In this document: positions 44,734-56,700 of the stretch, piece by piece
Layout of the letters: each line of letters begins with the position of its first letter
Position numbering within the stretch: the first letter of the stretch is position 1
Assembly: GCA_950097015.1 (NCBI GenBank)
Contig: CATNEN010000024.1
Span: 2,852,001 to 2,916,000, forward strand
Direction: 5' to 3'
Origin: Macrostomum hystrix
Taxonomy: Eukaryota; Animalia; Platyhelminthes
Length of the DNA stretch: 64,000 nucleotides
The notes under the pieces: model-generated
Databases searched by the model: none
Told to the model about the DNA's origin: nothing
Seen by the model: only the letters and a program-made list of their open reading frames with translations
Translations under genes and position numbers: made by a program

Positions 44734-47700
44734 ATGTTTCCCGAGTCGAATGTGTCCTCAGTTGGAGACAGAGCTCAACCGGACAGCCTCGGGCCGGTGC
44801 AGCAGTCGGTGTTGGGCATTCTTATGCTCAGCTTGAGCCTGCTCACGTCAGGTGGAAATGCCATGGTGTTACACGCTGTCAGGACTGACAAGCGGCTGCA
44901 AACAGTGAGTACCTCGCGTCCAATGTGCTCAAATTGGGAGTCAATTAGAATGACCGCTTCAGAGATTTTTTCTGATCTGATAAACAGCTTCAGTGAGGTA
45001 TTCTCTAGACCTGACGAACAGCCGTATTTGCAGAGTCCGTAGACAACCGAAATAACAACAACAAAATCAAGTAACGAAAGCCCAATAGGGGCCCAGCGTC
45101 AGATAGCAAGCTACAGTGCCAGCGAGAGAACAAAGTCCACCCTGTTGGCAGTGCAGTGCACGTTTCTTCGCAGCGAGCCTGTCCCCAGTTGAGCAAGGTC
45201 AGCAGCAAGACGTCCTGAACTGGCAGTGGGCAGTAGCTCTCGGCCCCTGCCAGTTGAAGCCGCCGCCAATGAATGATGGTGGATGGAAGTTACGGCTGGA
45301 CTCTCGTACATGCCCTTGTTTCCGGCGCTCTCGTCAGCTTGGAAGGTCGCACCCGGAGCAGCCCCGAGTGTGCCGAGTCCATCAGCCGCTTGTGTATAGC
45401 AATCAGTGTCGACGTCTTGGCTTTGAAAAGCAGGATGGTCTCGACCACCGACTGCCACAGTCGAGCCCTCTGTCGTCTTCCACGGTGAGTGACCAGACCA
45501 TCTAGATAGGTGTACTTCTGGCAGCAAAGCGAGACCCTCTCGTTGTGACCGATGCGCCTGAGCAGCAGAAAAACGTGGTCGGCCGTGGGGAGAGCACACC
45601 CAGTCCAAGAGTGGCACAAATTGAAAGGTGTTGCCTTGTAAAACTACTAAAACAGCCACAGAGCAGAAGTGCATGCGTCACAGCTGCCATCGATTCTTCC
45701 CATTCGTACCATTATTGTTTTGTTTGGCATCTCTGGAGACCTCGTGTCGCTTTGCTTAATTCCGGAATAAATTAGCGTTTCAACTAAGTCCGAGACTCTT
45801 TGGGATTGATCAAGTGCGCTCAAAACCTGGCTTGCCTTCTTTGGTCGGAGAGTAGTTCTTTGAATGCGGAGCGTTTGCTTATGCAGACAGCCGCAACTTT
45901 GCATCTCTTCCTTATCCCCTAATGGGAGAAGATAGGCAACCATTTTCCGATACACGCACAGGCACTCCAAGTCGGAAACTGTGCGTGGGTGGGACTTGCT
46001 GGAATTAGTCACGCCCCAGCTGCGAAAGCACAGACAGAAGTAACCTCTGAGCTCTTTGATCCAGCAGACTGTTTGGGTTTGCAGCACTACGGCTAGAGCT
46101 TAGGACTCTAACCGAAAGGTCTGGAGTTCGAAACGCAGCCCAAGAGAAACGATTTGTTCCATTAGCAAAAATGGGTGGCATCAGTAGCTCTTGTAGAAAT
46201 TTAGGTGATTGTGGTGGCCTCCCCTGTCCAAGGACTGAACTTTTCCGATAGGTAAGCCACAGTACACAATAAACAATCGGTTACAGACTACGAGGTTTGA
46301 GCTTCGGACTCATGACTTGAAGGTCTGGGGTTCTTTCCCGACTCCAGTGGAACAATATGTGTCCTTTAGCAAGCTTCAGTTCACTCAGCTGTTAAATGGG
46401 TACCAGCATTAGCTGGGGTAATTGAGGGTGGTTGTGGCGTCCCCCCGGTCCATGGACTGAACTGCCGTACGCAGCGTCAGATGCGTCGCGCGATAGCTGC
46501 GGCTGTGGCAGGGGTAATGAATGATTATTACTTATTCGACTTATACACAGTAGTAGGTGCGGCTAAGCCACTAGGTAAATATAGCAGCAGCCAACAAAAA
46601 ATGTAAAAAGTGAAAGTAATTATTTGCTATAAATTAAGCAAATTAAACAAAAATTAAAATGAAGTAAATATTTTGATTAGCGGAATTAGCGCGAAATTTA
46701 AAATATAAGAAATCAATTACGTCTTAAAAAATTGCGTAGCCAGAACAAAACTGTTAGAAGAAATAGTTTGTCCGTTTAAGAAACGGAATAAAGTCAGCAA
46801 AAGCGTTATGAGCTCACTGGAATTTTCTAGAAATGAGCTGAAAATGATTTGTCTTGAGGAAGTTATTTAGCAAACGCAGCTAAATCGATAGGACTCAGCG
46901 CATTTTTATATTCTCGCAGGCTGTGCGGGATAATTGGTGAAGACGCCAGAGCTCCTGAAAAATAGATGATTTCCCTGTCCCTTCTACAGTGGCCAGCTTT
47001 TTTAAAGGGAGAAACAGGTGCAGCAGAATGTTGCTAATAAATAGTGCATTGCAGCAGCGGCATTGGAGCGAACTCTGGCGATGACAATCCTTTACGCTTG
47101 AGTCCATCGTCATCTATCATACGTTAATCAAGTTTTTTCTCATTCTATTCTAGAAATGCCCTCAAAGTGAGCACACTTACGGATTGGCAGGGACAGATTA
47201 TAACTAGATTCATAGAGACATGCAGAATCTACTGAGCCATTGCACACACGCGCTCGCGAAACACACGGGGACGAAACCCAGCGACTGCAAGTCAGCCACA
47301 ATGCAGTCAGTCAGGGTCACTGTTCGCCGTTGGCCACGGCGCTTCCGCTCCGTCGGCTGGTGCAGAAGGACCAGCGCCAGTGGGACTTCAGCAGGCATTG
47401 CCCCAGCAGTATCAGGCGGCGCCAGCGCTGGTCGACGCTCAGGTCTGGAACGCCGGCGTGAGCCCAGGGCTTAGCGCAAGAGGGAACTGTAGAGCGCGTC
47501 CAGGGCTCGATCTTGTGTAGCGGTCTCGGGTACCGCTTCCATGCCGTACAGGAGGATCAGGCCGTCCCTCGCAGCTGATCCGTCCTGTCAGAGCTGATGG
47601 AGTTCGGGCTCGTTGCAAGCGATCCGAGGTAGCGGAAGTCCTCGCACACGGCGAAGGCGTGACAGCGCAAGTGACAGACGGTGCCAGTGCCCACGTGCAA

Positions 47701-50700
47701 CACCTGTGTCTTGTGTACGACCCGGGCCCTCCTCGCAGAGCTGGGAAAGAACAGGTGGTTTGGGTGCAATGGGAGTGTCAGTGGCAGAGCGGTCTGACTC
47801 GTTTGCCTCTCGCACCAAGGTCCCTGAGCTCGATTCCCCGGCGAGGCCGGGGCGCAGCCGCGTAGAGAAGGCTTGGGGGCTTGTCGTGAAATTTACACTC
47901 TAAGGGGCCAACCTCCAAGGCACAGTAAAAATATACACTGCCTGACGATGAGAAAGTCAGGGCAGATGTACACACCTGTGTGAGCGTATGCCTGCGTACG
48001 GTATCTGTGTGCATGTGTGCTCAGGAGTCAGCGAAATGGGCAGAATTGCCTCATAGTGTCACCAAATGATGTGCTAGTGTCCGCAACCCTTCTGCAAATA
48101 AGAATAATAATTAATTTTATTATTTGGTGCAATTATAATTAAACAACAATTACATTACAGTTCAGGTTATCTGTATCGAAATTACAAAAATTATTTACAG
48201 CTGGCAGTCACGTGACCCTATTAGCATTTGCATTTTCATATCACGGAATTTGCATTTTCCGATGGGAAATATAAAATCTCTTTCATTGTCAGATTTTTAT
48301 TCGCTTCATGCAATTAACGGATAGAGCTTCTGCTTTGAATTGACGGATATTCAAAAGTAGGCAAGTCGGACTAGTCCCATAGATACGAGCTAGATCAATA
48401 TTTGGATGATAACTCTTCATTTTACAATTATTTCACGATTAAAAATTCAATTTAAAAAATGTCAAGCGCATCATTATGAGATTTCAGAGTCAACGGCTCA
48501 AATAAGACAATATTGATGCGATGTAGTTTTCAGTTATTCCCAATATCAGATTTTTCGCCTGCATCATTCGACAGTGAAGAAAATGTGATGCGATGAAGGC
48601 TTCTAAATAATTTATTTTTTGTTTATTGTATTTTGGACGAATTCAAAAATTTCAGCTCGATGGTATTGAGTAAAATAAATGCAGCCATTTTAAGCAAACA
48701 CCAAATGAATCACCATTCACCCGCAGTATAAATTAGCAATCCATTGCATCCCTTCACACATGGGATTTAAAAGCACAGAAAGTTTTAGAGAACTCATAGC
48801 TTCATTCGGCACTAGACCTCTGAAATCAGATTAGAATCAGAATAAAAATTTTAGTTTAACTTTGCATCCTATCCTTTTGCTTTAACGGGTTGCGAACTTT
48901 AATAAAAAAGTATTAAGATTTTTTTACAAAAAAAAGTTTCTTTTCTGATGCAATGAAATTTTTTTGCAATCTAGGAAAAACAGCAGGCGCTTGCAACTCT
49001 CCTACCTTTGGCATTCTGGTAGTCAGGGAAACGAATTAAAAAACGGAGGTGCATTTAAACTTTGTTGAAATGGGTTCAGCCGGGTAGGTACTCATGTACT
49101 ACTCAGCGTTGTACATGTCTCACATGTAGCTGAGCAAGGACAAGTGACACAATGCACCGAAGAAAAAACCAGACAGATATATCGACCTGGATTTCAACGC
49201 GCGTGGTGCTTATCATTCGGCTATTATTTCGATTAATCCCTGAATCTGAGGGGACGAGTTTTGAGGGAGCTGCTTATAATCACGACTTTTGAACCAACTC
49301 GGTGAGATTAGCAATGCCACTGGACTAAGGCGGCAGAGATTTGGTTGAGCTGTCACTCAAAGTCCCAGAGTCCGCATCGATCGTTGAGAATTCTGCCGAG
49401 CTCTGGTATGCCGAGCGAAGGTGGGGTGGCGGGTTTTCGCCGTGCCGTTGCGAGCACTGCTAAACACCCCGGCCACTCCGCACACCTATTGAAGTGCTGC
49501 GATGGCTGGCTGGGTTTCAAATCTTTCGGGGCCGGGTGTATGAGGTGAAGACGGGGGAACTGCTTAACACGCGTCCGCTGCAGTTTCCTGGATTCACTTT
49601 GGGAACTGCGTGGCACTTAATAAATGAGAGTGACTGAAGTGAGATGGGCTTTGCTTGGGTAATCTTTGGTGCAGGAGAGGCTATAAATAGTGTATAGTGC
49701 AGGTAAGTTCAATGGATTGTTTTCATGCTACTCTACTTAGAGTGTCTGGCCACTTAAAGAAGTGCACAGTAATTTCTAAATTAAAATTGATTCTCATGTT
49801 TTTTCTGCTTAGCTGCTTAGCTATCGATGGGCTATCGATGCTGTGTACCAAGTTTTATGTGGCGATTAAGGCTCAAAATTAGTCAAATATATTTTACCCG
49901 TAAAAATAAATTAACGAAGTGATAGAAATGGCATTTGAGCCGGTTGTGACATATGGACAGCCAGTAGCACAGCCGTAGCTATTATTCAATAATGCATGAT
50001 ACATATAATGCAATAGGTTGTAGCCTAGTGGTTAGGGCGTCGGACTCACGACTTGAAGGTCGGGGGTTCGATTCCTGACTCCACTGGAACAATTTGTGTC
50101 CATTAGCAAGACACTTAACTCTGCATTGCTTCAGTTCACCTAGCTGTTAAAGGGGTACCAGCATCAGCTGGGATAATTGAAGGTAGGTGTGGCGTCCCCA
50201 CAGTCCATGGACTGAACAGCCGTACGCAGCCTTCAGATGCGCCGCGCATTAGCTGCGGCTGTGCTGTCGGCTGCAAATCTGACCCAATTGGGGCAGGTGT
50301 AATCAAAAAAAAAAAATATTATTATTATTATACAAAAATAATATTATTATAATACAGCTGTTCAGTCCATGGACAGCCACACCAACCGAATTTCTACCAC
50401 CAAGCTGCTGTAATTTCAATTTCAATTTCACAGCTAGATGAACTAAAGGTTATGGAATTTTTTTCTCTAGCTCGATTCAAGGATACAAAATACTTTCGCT
50501 TCGATCTAAAAAATTGCCACTAGAAGCTCCTTGTCGCAATGAACTAGACACATTGTACTGGGCCTCACTGTTATTGTATTTTTTGTCTTGTCTCCAATAG
50601 CATCACAATGACCTAATCATGAAAAAAGATATTTTTTCCAGAAGGGCTGCGGACACTGGCACATCATTTGGTGACACAATGAGACAATTCTGCCCATTTC

Positions 50701-53700
50701 GCTGACTCCTGAGCACACACGCACTCAGATACCGTAAGCAGGCAAAAACACGCAGGTGTGTACATGTACCCTGACTTTCTCATCGTCAGTGTACACTCTC
50801 GCTGTGACTTGGAGGTTGGCCCTCAAGGGTGTAAATTGCACGACAAGCCCCCAAGTCTTCTCTCCGCGGCTGCGCCCCAAATGAATGCAGCCTCGCCGCG
50901 GAATCGAGCTCAGAGACCTTGGGGCGAGAGGCAAACGGGTCGGACCGCTCTGTCTCTGACGCCCTCATCCTAGCATGGCAACGAAAATAAACTTTCTTTA
51001 CAAAGTAAGAAAATAGGAAGACAAAAAACACTGGCGAAGGCGTAAATAAAAAATTCGCGTCTCAACTGACAAGTGACTTATTGGCAAAGTAAGCTTAGTG
51101 CATGAAATCATGACCGAGTGGGATGAAGCATAAATCTATAAATCCATATAAGATACAGATGGGGTCTTGTATCCGCGGGTCATGCGGCTGCCACTCGAAA
51201 ACTCCTGGGGTGTCATCGCTGCGCGTACATCCGAGAATTATCGATCGGTGTTCGGAAAACTTCTATTTTTAGATCTATTTTTAGATCGGCCTTTTTATCA
51301 GTCAGATTTCGACACTGTCGACACTGGCTGATAAAAATTCCAGAGAGCGAATGGAATCGGCGACCTAGTCAATAAAAGTACTTCTTACCACCAGCAGGCA
51401 GGATATAATAGGAATAGGAAATGTCTTTGGTACATAAGGAAATGCCCGTTTAATTGCTAACACTGTAACATGTGACTTTGCCTTGTCCTCATTGCCAGGT
51501 GTGCAACATGTTTATTGTTTCTCTGGCCTCCGCTGATTTCATCGTTGGCGCCTTTGTCATGCCAATCTCAACCGTGTATGTGCTCTCAGGCAGATGGTAA
51601 GTTCATGGATTTGCTGTGATCTGTTGATGAACAGAAATATATTGGCTTGTGAGAGTAACCAGGCACGATAATAACAGACATGACTGACAATTGTTACATC
51701 AGAACCCACAAAGCCCTAGAATTATGCGCTTTTATCTGGTCTGTTTTACAGCCAGGGGAACGATTGGGATTTTTATATGGAAAACCCTTTTAAAACTTTT
51801 TGGTAGTAGTTCATGTAGTTCAGCAGAGACAGCGAGAGGCGATTCTGCCCGTTCCGGTGACTCCTGACCTCACACGCACTTATACCCTACGCAGTTGAGA
51901 TGCGATGCTCAAGAACACAATGTTGTCCCATCCTCACATGCAGGATGTTCGGTCGCACACTGTGCCAAGTGTGGCTGGCTTTGGACTACACAGCCAGCAC
52001 GGCGTCTATCCTGAACCTGCTGATCCTCAGCCTGGATCGCTACTGGTCCGTGACGGCGCCCCTTCGCTACCTGCCAAAGAGAACTCGCAGTCGCGCCAGG
52101 TTTATGATCGCCTGCGTGTGGGCCGCCTCCGGCCTGTGGATTGTGCCCATCTTCTGCTGGCACTGGCTGGCTAGCCACGGGGTATGTGCTCCGCCCTGGC
52201 AACCCTTAGCGTCCATTAGCAACCATTAGCATTTTGTAGAAACCCTTAGCAACTATTAGCATTTCTTAGAAACTCTTAGCAACCATTAACAACCATTAGC
52301 AATTCTTCGAAACCCTTAGCAACAATTAGCAATTCTTTAAAACCCTTAGCAACCATTAGCAATTATTAGAAACCCTTATAAACCATTCGGAATTCTTAGA
52401 ATCCCTTAGCAACCCTTCGGAGTCCTCAGAAAAAACCTTAGCAACCCTTAGCAAACCATTCAATTTAACTTAAATGATCAGACGAGCAAAGGATGAAAAA
52501 ATGGATGCAAACTACAGCTCGAAACAAAAATCCGCAAAAAATTGCCACAAAATCAAAAGTACACAATCAGTCTACAGCTCAAAGTGCAAATAGTTCACTT
52601 TTTTTACAAAAAGCAGTTTTAAAGCTTACAGCACGAAGGCACTAAGCCGAAGTGTAGGCTTAAAATGAAACGATCTTAAGCCTTAGCTGCAGAGTTTCCT
52701 AATCAATTCAGCCGCGAAGTTGAAAAAAAACTAAACTTAAAAGTTTTTGTGCGCGTCTGGGGTCCCCCTAACTTCTTACAAGAAGTTTGCCTCAGCAACC
52801 TTAAACTAAGCACGTTGAAAGTCTATTACTTCTTTTACTTTGAGTCTCAAAATTCAAACAGGAGCTTCAGATCGAAATTGTATCTTCTGCTTAGGTAAAT
52901 ATAAGATTATTCAGATTATTATTAATAATATACTTGCAGGAGGTCTGTGCTCACAGCCAGCGATGAGGCAAGTGAGCACACACTCACACTGTACATTTGT
53001 CCTGACTTGCTCATCGTCAGGCAGGGGTTGGTCCTCAAAGGCGTAAATTCAACGACGAGCCCCCCAAGCCCAAGTCTACGGGGCTGCGCCCAAAGTTAAT
53101 GTGGCCACGCCGCGTATTTGGGCTCGGGGACCTTGGTGCGGGAGGCAAGCGCGTTAGACCGCTCTGCTACTCACCCCTCTGTTTGTGTTGCTGCAACATA
53201 TTCTGCTGTTCGATTTCCATCTTTCCAACAGGTGCACACTATCCCGATGAGCGAATGCGATCCAGAATACAAGGAAAGCTTTCCGCTAAAGATTGTGACT
53301 GGCCTGCTGAACTTCTACATTCCGTTGTCCATTATGTACGCCCTGTACGGCCGCATCTTCATGGAGATTCGCAAGCGCTCTCAGCTGGAGAAGCAAAGCA
53401 GCAGAGGTGGTCGCGCCGGCGGCGCAAAGAGCAATAACGGCGGTGGCGGTGGCGACGGAGGCGTTGGCTGCAACGCTGGAATCCGACAGCCACTAATCAG
53501 ACAGCCCGCACACCGCCGAATTAGAGACGATGAACCATCTGTTCAGAGTGACCTTGTCCAGGTAGTGAAGATGACGTCATTTTGATTGCTCCTCTTCGTT
53601 TTTGTTTTCTCCGATTTATCTTACTCAGGCTGTTCGCTCGGTAGTTAGGACAGTGCAGCACATCAGGTGGCTGTTCTCTGGGGGGTTGGGACAGTGCAGG

Positions 53701-56700
53701 CCATGAGGTGGCTGTTCGCTGGGGGGTTGGGAAAGTGCGGCAAATGAGGTGGCTGTTCTCTGGGGGGTTGGGACAGTGCAGGCCATGAGGTGTCTGTTCG
53801 CTGGGGGGTTGGGAAAGTGCGGCACATGAGGTGGCTGTTCTCTGGGGGGTTGGGACAGTGCAGGCTATGAGGTGGCTGTTCGCTGGGGGGTTGGGACAGT
53901 GCAGGCCATGAGGTGTCTGTTCGCTGGGGGGTTGGGAAAGTGCGGCACATGAGGTGGCTGTTCTCTGGGGGGTTGGGACAGTGCAGGCCATGAGGTGTCT
54001 GTTCGCTGGGGGGTTGGGAAAGTGCAGGCCATGAGGTGTCTGTTCGCTGGGGGGTTGGGAAAGTGCGGCACATGAGGTGGCTGTTCGCTGGGGGGTTGGG
54101 ACAGTGCAGGCCATGAGGTGTCTGTTCGCTGGGGGGTTGGGAAAGTGCGGCACATGAGGTGGCTGTTCGCTGGGGGGTTGGGAAAGTGCGGCACATGAGG
54201 TGGCTGTTCTCTGGGGGGTTGGGACAGTGCAGGCCATGAGGTGTCTGTTCGCTGGGGGGTTGGGAAAGTGCGGCACATGAGGTGGCTGTTCTCTGGGGGG
54301 TTGGGACAGTGCAGGCCATGAGGTGTCTGTTCGCTGGGGGGTTGGGACAGTGCGGCACATGAGGTGGCTGTTCTCTGGGGGGTTGGGAAAGTGCGGCACA
54401 TGAGGTGGCTGTTCTCTGGGGGGTTGGGAAAGTGCGGCACATGAGGTGGCTGTTCTCTGGGGGGTTGGGAAAGTGCGGCACATGAGGTGGCTGTTCTCTG
54501 GGGGGTTGGGAAAGTGCGGCACATGAGGTGGCTGTTCTCTGGGGGGTTGGGACAGTGCAGGCCATGAGGTGTCTGTTCGCTGGGGGGTTGGGAAAGTGCG
54601 GCACATGAGGTGGCTGTTCTCTGGGGGGTTGGGAAAGTGCGGCACATGAGGTGGCTGTTCTCTGGGGGGTTGGGACAGTGCAGGCTATGAGGTGGCTGTT
54701 CGCTGGGGGGTTGGGACAGTGCAGGCCATGAGGTGTCTGTTCGCTGGGGGGTTGGGACAGTGCAGGCTATGAGGTGTCTGTTCGCTGGGGGGTTGGGACA
54801 GTGCGGCACATGAGGTGGCTGTTCTCTGGGGGGTTGGGAAAGTGCGGCAAATGAGGTGGCTGTTCTCTGGGGGGTTGGGAAAGTGCGGCACATGAGGTGG
54901 CTGTTCTCTGGGGGGTTGGGAAAGTGCGGCACATGAGGTGGCTGTTCTCTGGGGGGTTGGGAAAGTGCGGCACATGAGGTGGCTGTTCTCTGGGGGGTTG
55001 GGAAAGTGCGGCACATGAGGTGGCTGTTCTCTGGGGGGTTGGGACAGTGCAGGCCATGAGGTGTCTGTTCGCTGGGGGGTTGGGAAAGTGCGGCACATGA
55101 GGTGGCTGTTCTCTGGGGGGTTGGGAAAGTGCGGCACATGAGGTGGCTGTTCTCTGGGGGGTTGGGACAGTGCAGGCTATGAGGTGGCTGTTCGCTGGGG
55201 GGTTGGGACAGTGCAGGCCATGAGGTGTCTGTTCGCTGGGGGGTTGGGACAGTGCAGGCTATGAGGTGTCTGTTCGCTGGGGGGTTGGGACAGTGCGGCA
55301 CATGAGGTGGCTGTTCTCTGGGGGGTTGGGAAAGTGCGGCACATGAGGTGGCTGTTCTCTGGGGGGTTGGGAAAGTGCGGCACATGAGGTGGCTGTTCTC
55401 TGGGGGGTTGGGAAAGTGCGGCACATGAGGTGGCTGTTCTCTGGGGGGTTGGGACAGTGCAGGCCATGAGGTGTCTGTTCGCTGGGGGGTTGGGACAGTG
55501 CAGCACATGAGGTGGCTGTTCGCTGGGGGGTTGGGACAGTGCAGCACATGAGGTGGCTGTTCGCTGGGGGGTTGGGACAGTGCAGCACATGAGGTGGCTG
55601 TTCGCTGGGGGGTTGGGACAGTGCAGCACATGAGGTGGCTGTTCGCTGGGGGGTTGGGACAGTGCAGCACATGAGGTGGCTGTTCGCTTAAATGGAGATT
55701 AATGAAATCTAAATTTTGTTGAAAATTTTATAGCGTAACATAAAAAATTAAATTAGCTGCAGTTTGCGATGGGCCAATTTCAGAGGATATTTTCAAGGTA
55801 CCTACGGACTTTAAAAATTGCCAATTTAATTACTAATGCCAAGCAAAGAGACTGCTGAGTGAACTTTAATTTGCTTAAATGTCAACGAACAATTACCAAA
55901 TACAAAACCGTAGCGGAACCGATAGTCTAGTCGAGATGCAGGAAAGGTTGGTCGCGCTTTCTCACAGCTTACAAACCCGAGTAAAATCGCGCCGCAGGGC
56001 TGCTAATTTCTTCTCCAAGTATTTGTTCGCAGCCTTAGTTTGGGCAGAAATTTCACATTTCCTTTGTCGGTTGCGGTGCTCTGTTAGTCTTTCGAAGTAA
56101 AGAAGAGTTGGCAAATCCTGCCCTAATCCCCAGAAATCCTCTCTGCTTCAGATCTTGAAGAATTACGATTGCAAAGCCTCTATAATCCCTAGCGTGCTTG
56201 CGATCGAGAAACTTGAATAAAAGATATTTTCGATTTGCACCGCGGCAAGCAAGACTCTTAATATTGCTCAGGGCCTGCTCCCTTTTCTTAGCTTGCTCAA
56301 CAATGTGTTGATATTACGTACAATTTCAGTGGGTATAGTTTGTAGAAATGTCTCGATTGTTAAAGTCTGGTAGAACCCCTAGTGCTATGTTTTGTTGCAG
56401 CAACATTGCTAAAGTTGATGCCATTAACATTGAAAATCATTGGTTGCAGCAACGTTGCAGTAACGTTGATGTGATCAGGTATTTTATAATATAGTTGTTC
56501 CTTTCCGATAATTTCTGCATAAAATAACAGAAACAAAAGAATTACATAAAAAAACTCTTTTTTTGTAGCAATGTGATCATATTTGCAGAGTGCGCTGCAC
56601 ATAAATTTTTTTTTAAATAAATTTGTTTTACGACACTTTAAAAGATCGGTTAGAGCTGTGTAAAGTCTTTTTACGCTCTGCGGCTCTATTATACTTCCCC

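Noticed and set aside
47935-47975. Hammerhead ribozyme in SINE B (CTGACGA-TGA-GAAA-GTC)
   Set aside because: The core boxes are present, but stem II and stem III are absent (GAAA abuts GTC). A simple CCTGAC/GTCAGG hairpin explains it. An in vitro cleavage assay would settle it.
52200-52460. Interstitial telomeric repeat (AACCCT-like)
   Set aside because: Only a partial hexamer occurs within a 29-bp unit; there are no tandem TTAGGG/CCCTAA runs.
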